Positions 45,981-56,473 are shown, numbered from the whole stretch's first letter. The stretch: DNA of 63,985 bases, filler included, from Trichomonas gallinae (GCA_008369845.1; 7 parts of 7 records of this genome joined end to end with filler, not necessarily neighbours in it); one strand, 5' to 3'. Notes: generated by a model from the sequence alone, not told the origin. Numbers and translations: made by a program.

Positions 45981-47360
45981 ATGAATAAAGAGGGCAATTC
46001 CAGTGACCTTTCTGACGTACAGCGTTTTAAAAGTGCAAATCATGCTGCTTACTTGCTCAGTTGCTTGTTCCCGACATCATTGAAGATGAAATTAATTCAA
46101 ATTTACTTTCTTTTTGGATTGATATTATTTGCAACGTTAAAACCGAATGGATTTGTATCATTAGAACAAGTTAATTATGACAAAAAACCCGGATCTAAAC
46201 CAGCAACACTCGGATATAATGTAAATTATGTACATCTATTTAATTGGAAGAAAGATTTATCAAATGCTACGAGACAAATTCACTCAAAAAATTTATTAAC
46301 AAAAATAAATCTCCCTGCTTATGCACTCGTAAGAGAATCGAAAATTTTATATCATTTCGAAAATGTTTATATTTCAAAGTTTGGCGTTGTTCAAAATGAC
46401 CATGACTTAGCTATCGTAAAAAAGCTCAATCATGCTTATAAAGAAGTGGCAGTTGGCCTTATAAAAAATCCAGATCCAATGTTTTACTATAATAAAATTG
46501 TAATGGTATACACGAAACATTCAGAATACGGACATTTCATCATGGATCAAGTATGCGCATTGATACAAATTCCAGAAGAATATTTTGAAAATGCAGAAAT
46601 TTTCATTAATTTTCCGGCGCATTTATCAAAAATCTATTGCAAAGTGCTTGGCTTCAATACCAGCCGCATTCATCAGCTTGAGACTTACTATGTTTTCTGT
46701 AAAGAAGTTATTACACTAGTTTCCTCAGATTCTGTAAACTCTCTGCTTGTTTGCGGAATGCCTTTGCTGCGCACAAAAATGTATGCAGCTTTAAATCTCT
46801 CAGGAACAATTCCAACGAAATATTTATTTTTGAACCGAAAGAAAGGCATATGGGGGAGAATACAGAATGTTGAAGAGCTGCAGAAGCTTGCATCAGTAAA
46901 ATTCCCGCAATATAATTGGGAAATTGCTAATGAATCGATTGTCTATTCAGTTGCTGAGGTCAGCAAATGGCTTGCTTCTACGAAGCTTTTAATTACCACG
47001 GCTGGGTCTATGAATATGAACTGTATCTTCATGCATCCGGGATGTGCTGTTTGTGCATGTGGATCGAAAGTACTTGATTATCCAGTTTTGGCCGTGTCAT
47101 ATTCACTAGATTTGTGGTGTATTTATACTAATGGGCATTTGCTCCATGGATATCTTGATTCAAGACCATATCCGACAGATTTATTCATTGAATCATTAGG
47201 TCTTTTAATAGAAGCACAGGAAAAGGGTGCATGGCCAAAGAGAGCAACACATCATTATTTATATACATGGCCAATTAGGAGCATTGTTAGAGATATAACA
47301 AATAATGTTCCTCCTTATCTCCTGAAGCCATACTACTATTACTCACAGAGAGTAATATAA
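45981..47360 (+). CDS. Glycosyltransferase family 61 (DUF563) protein, type II membrane
   Basis: N-terminal TM, YGHFIMD, LFLNRK...RIQNVEEL, TTAGSMNMNCIFMHPG. Confidence 0.8.
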   Translation: MNKEGNSSDLSDVQRFKSANHAAYLLSCLFPTSLKMKLIQIYFLFGLILFATLKPNGFVSLEQVNYDKKPGSKPATLGYNVNYVHLFNWKKDLSNATRQIHSKNLLTKINLPAYALVRESKILYHFENVYISKFGVVQNDHDLAIVKKLNHAYKEVAVGLIKNPDPMFYYNKIVMVYTKHSEYGHFIMDQVCALIQIPEEYFENAEIFINFPAHLSKIYCKVLGFNTSRIHQLETYYVFCKEVITLVSSDSVNSLLVCGMPLLRTKMYAALNLSGTIPTKYLFLNRKKGIWGRIQNVEELQKLASVKFPQYNWEIANESIVYSVAEVSKWLASTKLLITTAGSMNMNCIFMHPGCAVCACGSKVLDYPVLAVSYSLDLWCIYTNGHLLHGYLDSRPYPTDLFIESLGLLIEAQEKGAWPKRATHHYLYTWPIRSIVRDITNNVPPYLLKPYYYYSQRVI

Positions 47361-47510
47361 TATTATATTAGTTTTTGTTTGTAAATATTATTTTTATTGA
47401 AAATATTTGAGGATTTTTGGAATTTTGAGTAACAAAATATGTTTTATGGTATGTATACATATGATTGATGCAATGAAAAAACACTGAAAAATATAAGGTT
47501 ATTTTCACAA

Positions 47511-48722
47511 ATGACGCAAAGATTTGGAATTCTTGCTGGTCCAAGTGAAGCGGACCAAAATCACTACATAGAAACACTCAAAAATATTTTTAGGCACCAG
47601 ACAAACATTGATACTGAAAGTCTGAAATTCGTATCTTATCCAGATGCAAATTTAGTTAGTATCGAAGCAACATCATATGAAGATCAAAAATCAATAGCCG
47701 CATTATCAGGAAAACCTGGAATACCGGTCATGTTTTCCTTAACACATTTAGACGATTTACCAAAATACTTAGATGCTTTCAAAAACTTTGTTCCTAAAGT
47801 TACAAAAGGTGAAAAATCAAATCTTTCATTGTTATTTAAGCGATTTTCGAAAATGAAATTTAATTGCAATTTCCCTCAAGCGATGTCATCATTACTATTA
47901 TATACAGGCGTTTATGCTAAGACCCATAATTTATCTATTAAAGTAATTAACCTTGCAAGTAATAGAATTAGAAACTTTAATGGAATGAGATTAATTAAAA
48001 GCTATTTCCCAGACTTAAAAACCATATACATTGGTGGAAACTCTACTGATGAACATGAACCTAGCTATCTTAGGGATATCGAATTAATAAATGAAGTTCC
48101 AGTTATGGAGGATGAAAAGGACTCAGATGATAGCTCATCGGATGATGATTCCGACGAAGAAAAAGTTGTCGAAAAATTCGTTCCTCCTCCAGATCCAATT
48201 ATATATGAATTGACACAACCAAATGTTTTACTAAGCTCATTATCGTATGATAGCTTTACACACAACGAACAATATGTTAAATCATCAGAATTGAAGCCAT
48301 TCTTGATTCCATATCTTCGATGCCTCGAAGAAGCTCCACAATGCGCTAGCAACTACTACACAGATACAGCAATACTGTCGTTGTTAATATTAAAGCCGAA
48401 AAAGAAACCCAGTACTCCATTAAATTTATATAATAATATCTCTACAGATATAACAAAAGGACAGACCCATTATTGGAAAGGAAGTGAAATAGCAGAAGGA
48501 TTGAATGAAATTTTCCCATATGGATTCCATCACAAAATTTCATACTTAATAACTCATCAATTTGATGATTTCTTATATTCAATAGTTTTTCATGGAGTAT
48601 GTATTGGAAAGGAAGCATTTACATACTATTTTGATAGAACATTGACAATTCGGAAAGAAAGAAATGTATTCTTTGTTTCTAATGATTGCATAACTCTTCG
48701 TGACGAAAAGAAATACTTATAG
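47511..48722 (+). CDS. NXF1/TAP/Mex67-like mRNA export factor (LRR plus NTF2-like)
   Basis: LRR INLASNRIRNF...LKTIYIGGN; NTF2-like NYYTDTAILSL...FHGV...FDRTLTI...VSNDCITL. Confidence 0.8.
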   Translation: MTQRFGILAGPSEADQNHYIETLKNIFRHQTNIDTESLKFVSYPDANLVSIEATSYEDQKSIAALSGKPGIPVMFSLTHLDDLPKYLDAFKNFVPKVTKGEKSNLSLLFKRFSKMKFNCNFPQAMSSLLLYTGVYAKTHNLSIKVINLASNRIRNFNGMRLIKSYFPDLKTIYIGGNSTDEHEPSYLRDIELINEVPVMEDEKDSDDSSSDDDSDEEKVVEKFVPPPDPIIYELTQPNVLLSSLSYDSFTHNEQYVKSSELKPFLIPYLRCLEEAPQCASNYYTDTAILSLLILKPKKKPSTPLNLYNNISTDITKGQTHYWKGSEIAEGLNEIFPYGFHHKISYLITHQFDDFLYSIVFHGVCIGKEAFTYYFDRTLTIRKERNVFFVSNDCITLRDEKKYL

Positions 48723-49004
48723 ACTTATTAAACTTTATATTATTGTTGTTTGAATATAAATTTTTATAAAAATCATTTTAATCAAAATATTTCAAATACA
48801 AAACACATCCTATGCCTTAAGGATTGCTAATGTTTTGAGTGTCAAGTCATGAAAATGGAATTATTTTATTTGATAAATATAAAACGATAATATATAAAAA
48901 TAGATTAAAGATATGATAGAGTTGATGATAGAATTGATATTTTTATGGTTGTTATTGGTTAAAATGCAGAAGAAAATGCTAAAAAAGGAAAAAAGAGATT
49001 ATTA

Positions 49005-49012
49005 AAAGTGAC
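49005..49012 (+). promoter_or_regulatory. AAAGTGAC core-promoter motif
   Basis: Ends 9 nt before the ATG at 49022. The same octamer is sense-oriented upstream of genes starting at 44259 and 53876 (twice). Matches my recollection of a described Trichomonas upstream motif (unverified). Confidence 0.6.
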
Positions 49013-49021
49013 AAATAAATA

Positions 49022-50305
49022 ATGCTGGAAATTGCTGATTCTCAATGGAATTTTATTCCAAAAAGTGAAAAGCTATTTGACCTCCAGACTATGAAAATGG
49101 GGCCAACATTATACCTTTATTTCTTCATCTTTTGGACAGTTGCATGGTTTGTTGGATTAATTTGGTTTATCTGCCTTAGAAATGAAACCGAAATTCAAAT
49201 GCGTTCACCTGTTTTGGTTATTTTAAGTGCTCTCGGATCAGAATTCGCGTTACTTTGCACAACATTAGATTATGTATTATCGCATGAACACTATCCATGC
49301 TTTTTGGACCTCTGGTACATCTTACTATTCTTCCCTCTTTACTTCATCCCGTTCGTCCTTAGATTTATGCGCTATTTCTTCACTATGTGGGAATTAGATC
49401 GTTGGCAGAAAAACAAAATATCCGATCCACGTGCAAGTGTTTGGGTCCTGGAATCCACATGGGTATCAATTCTTGGATTTATTGTTTCTCTGACAATGCT
49501 TTCAGCTGTTATTTTACAATATACGATTCTTTCGGATTATATGACAACTTTCGGCTGCAAAATTACTCAAATCACTTCAGTTATTCTATTCGTTATGTTC
49601 TCCATTTGCTTACTCATTGTTATTGCAGGTCTCATTTTAATGCGCCATTTCCCTGATCCTTATAGAATTAAATACGAATTAATTACTTGTTTCATCGTAT
49701 GGATCTTCTCCCTCGGTCCATATCTTTTCCTTTTCTACTTCAGAGGAAATTCGAATACAACAATTTTCATGTACATTTTCATGATTGCTGGATACTTCAC
49801 AAGTGTTATTCAGCCTATTGCTCGTACATATATCGTACCTCCTGAGCCACAAACACCAGAAAAAATATTGGATACACCAGAACAGCTTATTATGGATCCT
49901 GAAGGCTACGATCTCGTTATGCGAGTTCTTATTTCAAAATCTGCTGCTGAAATGCCACCATTTTTAAAGGCGGTTCTAGAATTCAAGTCAATCGATGATT
50001 CAGATACAAATAGGAAGTTGGAAGTTGCACAGAGAATCTATACTACACATATATGCAAAGATGCTCCTCTTGAAATTAACATTTCTGCTGCAATGCGTAA
50101 AGATATCGAAGATCGTATGGGATTTCCAACAACTGATATGTTTAACAATGCATACAGAGAAGTTCTTAAACTTATGAGGACAAACTTCATGAAAGACATC
50201 AAGAATCTCGAATCCTATCAGCAGCTTGTTCAAAAGCGTGAAGAAGAACTTCAGAGGAAGAAAGTTCAAGAAGCTTTGATGACTGGTGCCAAGAATACTA
50301 ATTAG
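49022..50305 (+). CDS. 7TM-RGS protein (seven TM helices fused to a regulator of G-protein signalling domain)
   Basis: Seven hydrophobic segments with RSP after TM1 and DPYRIKYE before TM6; RGS box AQRIYTTHICKDAPLEINIS...MFNNAYREVLKLM. Confidence 0.92.
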   Translation: MLEIADSQWNFIPKSEKLFDLQTMKMGPTLYLYFFIFWTVAWFVGLIWFICLRNETEIQMRSPVLVILSALGSEFALLCTTLDYVLSHEHYPCFLDLWYILLFFPLYFIPFVLRFMRYFFTMWELDRWQKNKISDPRASVWVLESTWVSILGFIVSLTMLSAVILQYTILSDYMTTFGCKITQITSVILFVMFSICLLIVIAGLILMRHFPDPYRIKYELITCFIVWIFSLGPYLFLFYFRGNSNTTIFMYIFMIAGYFTSVIQPIARTYIVPPEPQTPEKILDTPEQLIMDPEGYDLVMRVLISKSAAEMPPFLKAVLEFKSIDDSDTNRKLEVAQRIYTTHICKDAPLEINISAAMRKDIEDRMGFPTTDMFNNAYREVLKLMRTNFMKDIKNLESYQQLVQKREEELQRKKVQEALMTGAKNTN

Positions 50306-50565
50306 TTTATGATATTTTTTGTTCGTCTTTTTTTATTTAAAATGTTCGTATTTCTATTGCAATAATATGACTTTTACATTTCATTCTCATGTTTTATTAT
50401 AATAAAACCCATAAATTTGCTAATAATTAAATATGATATCATTATTTTTATTAAGAACATTAAATTTACTTCTTTTAAACTGACACATTTTTCGTTAAAT
50501 GATGAATGAAAGTAAATCGTTGCCCAATTACTAAAAATATAATATTTAATAGCAATAACTTAAAT

Positions 50566-51159
50566 TTACACATATTTTTTGAGGTACTTTATAATCTTTT
50601 CTTTTGTCTGAGTTGTATACAATTCCCATTGCTTTGGTATTAAATTCAAATCCTTTTCGCCAATAATTCTCTCAAGCTTGGGCTTAACATCTTCTTTAAT
50701 ATTGTTGACATTGAAGTTCGGAGGCAAGAAAATCTGTTTGTATCGAGAATCTTGTAAGAATTCTTGAGGAGTGAATTTTACCAACTCGTCTAACTTCTGA
50801 TGGAGAAGTCCGAGCTTCTTAAACCACTCATCTTTCTCATTTTCTGCGCGCTGTGAGTATCTTTGGTTAATATCTAATAACATGTCACTGGCCATGGCTG
50901 TGATAATATTATCATTTCCATTAAATAGCTTAGAAGCATCGTAAATCAGTTCAAAATCCTTGACAAATTCGTCGACTGATGTGTATTTCTTTTTTTCAAG
51001 TTTCATTTTCATGGTTGATAAATCCATTGGCTTTGAAACGACCTGTTTATATTGCGGGTACTCCTTCTCGTTCACCTTCTCAAGGAATGGCACAGAAATA
51101 GGCCAGGATCGAACTTTGTTGAGAAGATCCGTGCACCACTTTGTGTCGAAGTCGTTCAT
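50566..51159 (-). CDS. Bromodomain protein
   Basis: SVPFLEKV...YPQYKQVVSKPMDLSTMKMKL...Y...FVKDFELIYDASKLFN. Confidence 0.92.
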   Translation of the reverse strand: MNDFDTKWCTDLLNKVRSWPISVPFLEKVNEKEYPQYKQVVSKPMDLSTMKMKLEKKKYTSVDEFVKDFELIYDASKLFNGNDNIITAMASDMLLDINQRYSQRAENEKDEWFKKLGLLHQKLDELVKFTPQEFLQDSRYKQIFLPPNFNVNNIKEDVKPKLERIIGEKDLNLIPKQWELYTTQTKEKIIKYLKKYV

Positions 51160-51254
51160 CTTTTTTGACACTTCAGGGAAAATCAAAAACAGCGAACAAT
51201 TAGCAGACTTTTACCCTCTTTTCGCTACATTATGTAGCATTCCACCTTTGAATA

Positions 51255-51560
51255 CATCAATTTCTCATGTATTTGTTCGATATTTCATTAATTCAATAAC
51301 ATGGAACTTAAAACTCATGAATAACATAATGATTTGGAAGTGTGTAAGATTTTCCATCTTAATCTATAAATTTCTCAAATCTTTTTGCTTTTTTTCATTA
51401 GATCAATCTGAAGAAACATAAAACTCATTAATAATCGATTATTTTGGAAGTGTATTATGTCTCTAAATCCATCAATTTCTCATATCTTTTTATCAAAATT
51501 TGATAAGTTCAATCTGATGAATTATAGAACTCATTGATAATTTGTCATCTTGGAAGTATA
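51255..51560. repeat. Degenerate tandem repeat, 3 copies of about 108 bp
   Basis: TGGAAGT at 51335, 51445 and 51551. Each unit also has AATTTCTCA and AACTCAT blocks. Confidence 0.8.
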
Positions 51561-51596
51561 TTGCAATTAATCTGTAGCGAACGGAAAACCAGTATT

Positions 51597-51670
51597 AAAA
51601 GTGACATGTTTACGCGTCATATTTGACATGTAAAATGTAAAAAGTGAAAATCATAAATAAGGGGGTGACA
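51597..51670 (+). mobile_element. Solo diverged remnant of a Mutator TIR
   Basis: AAAAGTGACATGTTTACGCGTCATATTTGACATGTAAAATGTAAAAAGTGA aligns with right TIR 60489-60540 AAAAGTGACTAGCTTACATGTCAGATTTGACACGTAAAGTGTCCAAAAGTGA. Confidence 0.7.
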
Positions 51671-51779
51671 CCAAATCCTCATTTTTCGACAAAACTCAAG
51701 CAAATCGTGTCTGTAATCATATGGTGCATTTCTGTATCAAATGAGGGACTCATCACATGATCACAGTAATGTTTTTCTC

Positions 51780-51896
51780 GATAAATCTTGTCGGAAGCTC
51801 TTAAGAGCAACTGAGCACATATTCAATGATAACATGTACAAAATCTTTCATTGATTATGTCTTTGTTGTCTCTTGACAACTTTCGACAAGAATATC
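51780..51896. repeat. Long imperfect foldback hairpin (about 55-bp arms, short loop)
   Basis: Left arm GATAAATCTTGTCGGAAGCTCTTAAGAGCAACTGAGCACATATTCAATGA aligns with the reverse complement of the right arm, GATATTCTTGTCGAAAGTTGTCAAGAGACAACAAAGACATAATCAATGA. Confidence 0.85.
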
Positions 51897-52318
51897 TTCT
51901 AATTCTCGAAAAAATTAAAGAAAATCATGTCTGTGATCACATATATTGCATTTAATCAATATTTTTTTCATGCTATAATATTGAAATTGTTTAGTATTTA
52001 TTTTGGTGATATATTCTATGAAATGAAGTAAAATTAGAAAAATATTATACTTACAGTACTGTGCAGCATCTATTGTATACTCTCAATTTAGTAAATTCCA
52101 AATTATTCATCTTGGTTAGCTCAATTTGATATATTTTCAATAAACTATTAACTGTTACATATTATGCATATGATAGGATCATAAACAAGCCATAATTCAT
52201 GTTTAGTTTATGAAATTTCAATTTTCGTATAAAATTTGAAAGTATGAATTTATGTATAATATAAGAATTTATTAACAAAAACAAAAGGTGGTAATATACA
52301 TTCATTGATTATTTTTGA

Positions 52319-52924
52319 TTAGAATGGAAGATTGAGTGGAGTCCTCAATTTGAATTTCTTCGTTGGTCTCTGGAATGGACGGCATCTAATTGCTGTTAGA
52401 TTTATCTCATAGTTTTGTTTTGGATGATGTAGACAAACTAAAGTATGATTTTTGTTAATTTGCTTGATTTTGTTATCTTTTGAAACGACAATTATAGCTC
52501 CAGCAGATTCTTTGACAATCAATCCATCGAAACCAATCAAATTTGGATCTTTTGATGATATAACTGTGATTGGGGCACCATGAAGATCCATTTTAGTAAC
52601 GCTCTGCTCATTCGAGCTTATTCTACCAGCATAATCAAGCCATAATTTAGAAATAGGCTCAATTAATTCGTATGTGATTTTACTTTTATCGTATTTCATA
52701 TGATCTTTTCTAAATTTACGTGTCGCTAATGATTTCCATGTTGCATGCTTTCTTTCGTTTCTATTAATTTTTCTTTGTTCGACAACATCAGTTTTTGATT
52801 TGCTCGTTGTTAGATGATCTAATGGAATAAACTGGTTCTGAAGCTTTGGGAGGTCCTTCATACCCGATATTTCTGTTTTATGAGTCTTCGCTAAAACATA
52901 GTCAATACCATGCTCAGAAGACAT
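52319..52924 (-). CDS. POP4: RNase P/MRP subunit POP4/Rpp29
   Basis: PISKLWLDY...KMDLHGAPITVISSKDPNLIGFDGLIVKES...RPFQRPTKKFK. Confidence 0.9.
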   Translation of the reverse strand: MSSEHGIDYVLAKTHKTEISGMKDLPKLQNQFIPLDHLTTSKSKTDVVEQRKINRNERKHATWKSLATRKFRKDHMKYDKSKITYELIEPISKLWLDYAGRISSNEQSVTKMDLHGAPITVISSKDPNLIGFDGLIVKESAGAIIVVSKDNKIKQINKNHTLVCLHHPKQNYEINLTAIRCRPFQRPTKKFKLRTPLNLPF

Positions 52925-53114
52925 TGAAATTTGTCACATTTTGTAAAGTGTCAAATTTAAAATATGTAAAGTATTTTTTGTCATATTTGTTTTTTGACGT
53001 ATTTGGTAAATTGTCAAATAAAATATTTGTAAAGTGATTCGTATCAAATTTTTCAAAAACAGGGAAATAAACAATGAAAACAAAAGTATTTACAGCTACA
53101 TGATTGTATATGTT

Positions 53115-53876
53115 TTAGAGGTCTTTGTGGTTCTTTGCGAATTCAGCCATGTGCTGATTGAATTCTCTATTGATATTTCTATATCTGCGTAATATCTTTG
53201 GATCAAGTCTATTGATATTAATCAATCTAACAATAATTCCAGCAAAGAATAAGGAAAGAAGAAGGAACATTAAGAATAAATATGGATGTTCATGAACCCA
53301 GTCTTTCATTTTAACAATTAATGGTCTTTTGCTTCTTTCTTCATTCTCTTTAACCATTTTTTGCAATCTTTTAATCGCATTGTTATATTCTTCGTCTTGT
53401 TCTTTCTTAATTTGAGCATTTAGCTTTTGTAACATCTCTTCTGCAGTATCTCCTTTCTGAACATCTTCCATTTCGAGCACTTTGTGCGCTTTCTTAAATA
53501 ACGTTCTAAACATGCTTCCAGAAGTTGTAATTTGGACGAAGACTTCATCCATATCCTCTTCTTCGTCATCATCTTGACTTCTTTTTTGTTTTTTAGTCAT
53601 TGCTGTTAAAAATTCATTCTGAAGATTTCTATAGGCAAGTGCTTTTGTCCAATTTTCATCAGATTCATAAATATCACTTATATTTCCCAAAGCTAATGCT
53701 GTCCATCTCAACTCAAAGTTCGAATCAGGATTAAGCGCGACAATTTTCTCGGAATCGTATATGACTTGTTTGTATTTTTCTATAGCCAATTGCTTATCTC
53801 CTTTCTTTTGAAGAATTTCTCCCATTCTAAAAACACCCTGAATTCCATCAGCATGAGATATTGTTGCTTCAATCAT
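53115..53876 (-). CDS. TPR-like protein with coiled coil and C-terminal TM helix, 253 aa
   Basis: Two TPR-like hairpins (MGEILQKKGDKQLAIEKY; LGNISDIYESDENWTKALAY), TM YLFLMFLLLSLFFAGIIV. Confidence 0.8.
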   Translation of the reverse strand: MIEATISHADGIQGVFRMGEILQKKGDKQLAIEKYKQVIYDSEKIVALNPDSNFELRWTALALGNISDIYESDENWTKALAYRNLQNEFLTAMTKKQKRSQDDDEEEDMDEVFVQITTSGSMFRTLFKKAHKVLEMEDVQKGDTAEEMLQKLNAQIKKEQDEEYNNAIKRLQKMVKENEERSKRPLIVKMKDWVHEHPYLFLMFLLLSLFFAGIIVRLININRLDPKILRRYRNINREFNQHMAEFAKNHKDL

Positions 53877-54500
53877 TTTTGCTAGAATTCAATGTCACTT
53901 TTGATATTTACAAGATTCGTCACTTTTTAATAGTTGTGACACTTTTCGCGGTTTCATTCAATTTTGAATTCAAAAGAATAACAACTATTTCAAAATGAGA
54001 AGAATTATAATCTATGATAGAATGATATGATTGTTTGTCTATAAACATTATATCTGACTCTTCAGTGATGATATTACATTGATATAGCGAAGTTGATTTT
54101 TAATCTTAAATTATCTTCTCAAGCATCATTATTTCCTCCTGTTTATGTATTATTCTACTAGTTTATGTAGCATATTATATTCCTTATATAATTCTATATA
54201 TATTATAACATCGCATGGGACTTTTGCCTAATTATGTTTCTCTCGAGAAAAATTTAAATTTAATATAGCTGAAGAATCAAGCTGCAAAAACCATTGTTCC
54301 TTAACTAACTTTTTTGCTGCATTAAAGGTTCAAGATGTCATTATTATATATCGAAAATATTTTGAAATCCTTTTCTATTTTACTTGGAATTAAAAATTAG
54401 GGGTTTGATGTTGTATATTTCTGATAAGTCGAATGGTTTGTTGTAAAAATGATAAAAGTTTTATGAATTATTTTTAGATGTAAACTGTCAGAAAAATAAA

Positions 54501-55865
54501 ATGCTGAATATATTAGCGTTACTCAGTGTTTTATTCCCATTATTTGAGGATCCAAATACTGAGTTCCTATGTGATAATAATTTCACTCAAGTTTTGCTTC
54601 CACTCAGAGATGCTTTTGTATTTATCAAATCAAAGAAATGTCCGCATTGCGCTGAGTTTTACCCGAATTTTGCAGTACTTGCGCGCCAAAATCCACATAA
54701 AACTAAGTTTTACACCGTAGATTTCGAGAGTTGCCCAAAGACTGTTTACCATTTCAATGTTTCTGGCTTTCCTACACTTGTTTTCCCGAGATATCTCAAC
54801 AGGTACTCTTTCTGCAACACCAGAGATATCAATGGGCCGCTTCAAGCCTGTATGAACGAAAAATATTTTCCTGCAGGTCAAATAATTCATTCATATAGTG
54901 AATTAGTCGACGTAATAAGCAAAAATCAGAGCTTCTTTTTATCAAATCATCAACTTTCAGACGCAGAAAAACGAGAGGCAGATGAATTCACTCCCGAAAT
55001 CAAATTTTACAGTTTAAATTCATGGGAATTCATGCAAAAAGCTCTTCCTCAGTACAAACCACAAGCAAATTTGATATATTATCGTGCTGAAGACAGACAA
55101 TTTTTAGATGTGAATAACAAAATCGATAGAAAAGTGATCTCAGATTTCCTTGCACAAAATAAGAGTCCTGCATACATAAAATATACTCCTGAAAATGTAA
55201 ATGATGTCTTTACCACAGGAAAAAAGGTTGTAATGATTAAATTCGACAAATCTTATGATGTATTCAATAATTCAGACTTACGTATCCTAGAAGAAGCCGG
55301 AAATTCTGGTGAAAAAGTTGTTTATTTCACTTCTCAAACATCAGCAGTTTTTAATGATGTAATTCAACCTCCTGAAGATGCTCCATCACCAGTCATCGCA
55401 ATAATTGAATTAATGATGGATACAGATCCTCCAAAATGGATTCGTTTGACTGAACAGTCTCCGAAAGATTTTATCAAAGATGTTTTAACAAAGAAACTCA
55501 AATCTTACGTAAAATCCGAGGAAATCCCATCTGATAATGATGGACCTATTAAACGAATCGTTGGCTTAAATTATAAAGATGAAGTTGAAAATGCGAAGAA
55601 ACCTTTCGTTTTATTAATCTACAAAAGCGAAAACTATGCCACATCTGTTTTACAGGATAAACTAGTTGATGCAGAAGCAGAAATCGGAAATGCTGCATTA
55701 TTTGGAATGATTGATATTAGCAAAAACACAATTCCTTTAACTGTACCAGAGAATCCTCCAATTGTGGCAATAGTCAACAGAGAAAAGGTTTCTTATTATA
55801 CACGCAGTGAAAAAGCAAATCTTGTTCAATGGATTCAAGCTAATATCCATAATAACGAGCTCTAA
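54501..55865 (+). CDS. Protein disulfide isomerase-like thioredoxin-domain protein
   Basis: Signal peptide, CPHC active site, VSGFPTL cis-Pro loop, YVKSEEIP x-linker, last domain lacking CxxC, C-terminal NNEL (KDEL-like). Confidence 0.88.
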   Translation: MLNILALLSVLFPLFEDPNTEFLCDNNFTQVLLPLRDAFVFIKSKKCPHCAEFYPNFAVLARQNPHKTKFYTVDFESCPKTVYHFNVSGFPTLVFPRYLNRYSFCNTRDINGPLQACMNEKYFPAGQIIHSYSELVDVISKNQSFFLSNHQLSDAEKREADEFTPEIKFYSLNSWEFMQKALPQYKPQANLIYYRAEDRQFLDVNNKIDRKVISDFLAQNKSPAYIKYTPENVNDVFTTGKKVVMIKFDKSYDVFNNSDLRILEEAGNSGEKVVYFTSQTSAVFNDVIQPPEDAPSPVIAIIELMMDTDPPKWIRLTEQSPKDFIKDVLTKKLKSYVKSEEIPSDNDGPIKRIVGLNYKDEVENAKKPFVLLIYKSENYATSVLQDKLVDAEAEIGNAALFGMIDISKNTIPLTVPENPPIVAIVNREKVSYYTRSEKANLVQWIQANIHNNEL

Positions 55866-55935
55866 CTTTGATTTTTTTGTTAAATAAATGTTATCTTTAT
55901 GTGTTATTCCACAAATCCCAATTTTTAAAAATGAT

Positions 55936-55968
<33 letters not shown>

Positions 55969-56068
55969 NNNNNNNNNNNNNNNNNNNNNNNNNNNNNNNN
56001 NNNNNNNNNNNNTTAATTAATTAANNNNNNNNNNNNNNNNNNNNNNNNNNNNNNNNNNNNNNNNNNNN
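55969..56068. other. Assembly spacer
   Basis: N44-TTAATTAATTAA-N44. Confidence 0.99.
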
Positions 56069-56473
56069 TTTATTCGTCAGTGTTTACCACTGATTCGTTT
56101 ATCTAAGACCCAAAAAGAAAGATTTTATTCGCTTTGCCTCGGTTATCGTGAGAGTATAAGAATTTCATTCTTTTCTCTCGTTTTCATGGTTGGTCAGGCT
56201 GTCAGAAAGAAAAGGATGTCCAATAAGTATATAGTTTTCCATTACATGACATTCATTCCGGTGAATTTTATTCCATTAATCGTCGATTTCATCATGGACA
56301 TCCTCAGAGTGAAAAAGCCACCCCTCCACTTTATCTGCAACGAGTTGTATGACATGGTTTTTGTCGCATTAGAAACTGTTCGTCTTCTTCCTGCGTTAAA
56401 AGCAATGTCCGCTGTGAATAATGATAATATTCTGGAGGATGCACCGCCTGAATCATGCGTCAGCCAGAACTAA
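56069..56473 (+). CDS. Hypothetical membrane protein, 5' part lost in gap
   Basis: Frame is open from the contig edge (FIRQCLPLIRL...FFSLVFMVG...) to TAA at 56473, with several hydrophobic segments. Confidence 0.7.
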   Translation, partial: FIRQCLPLIRLSKTQKERFYSLCLGYRESIRISFFSLVFMVGQAVRKKRMSNKYIVFHYMTFIPVNFIPLIVDFIMDILRVKKPPLHFICNELYDMVFVALETVRLLPALKAMSAVNNDNILEDAPPESCVSQN

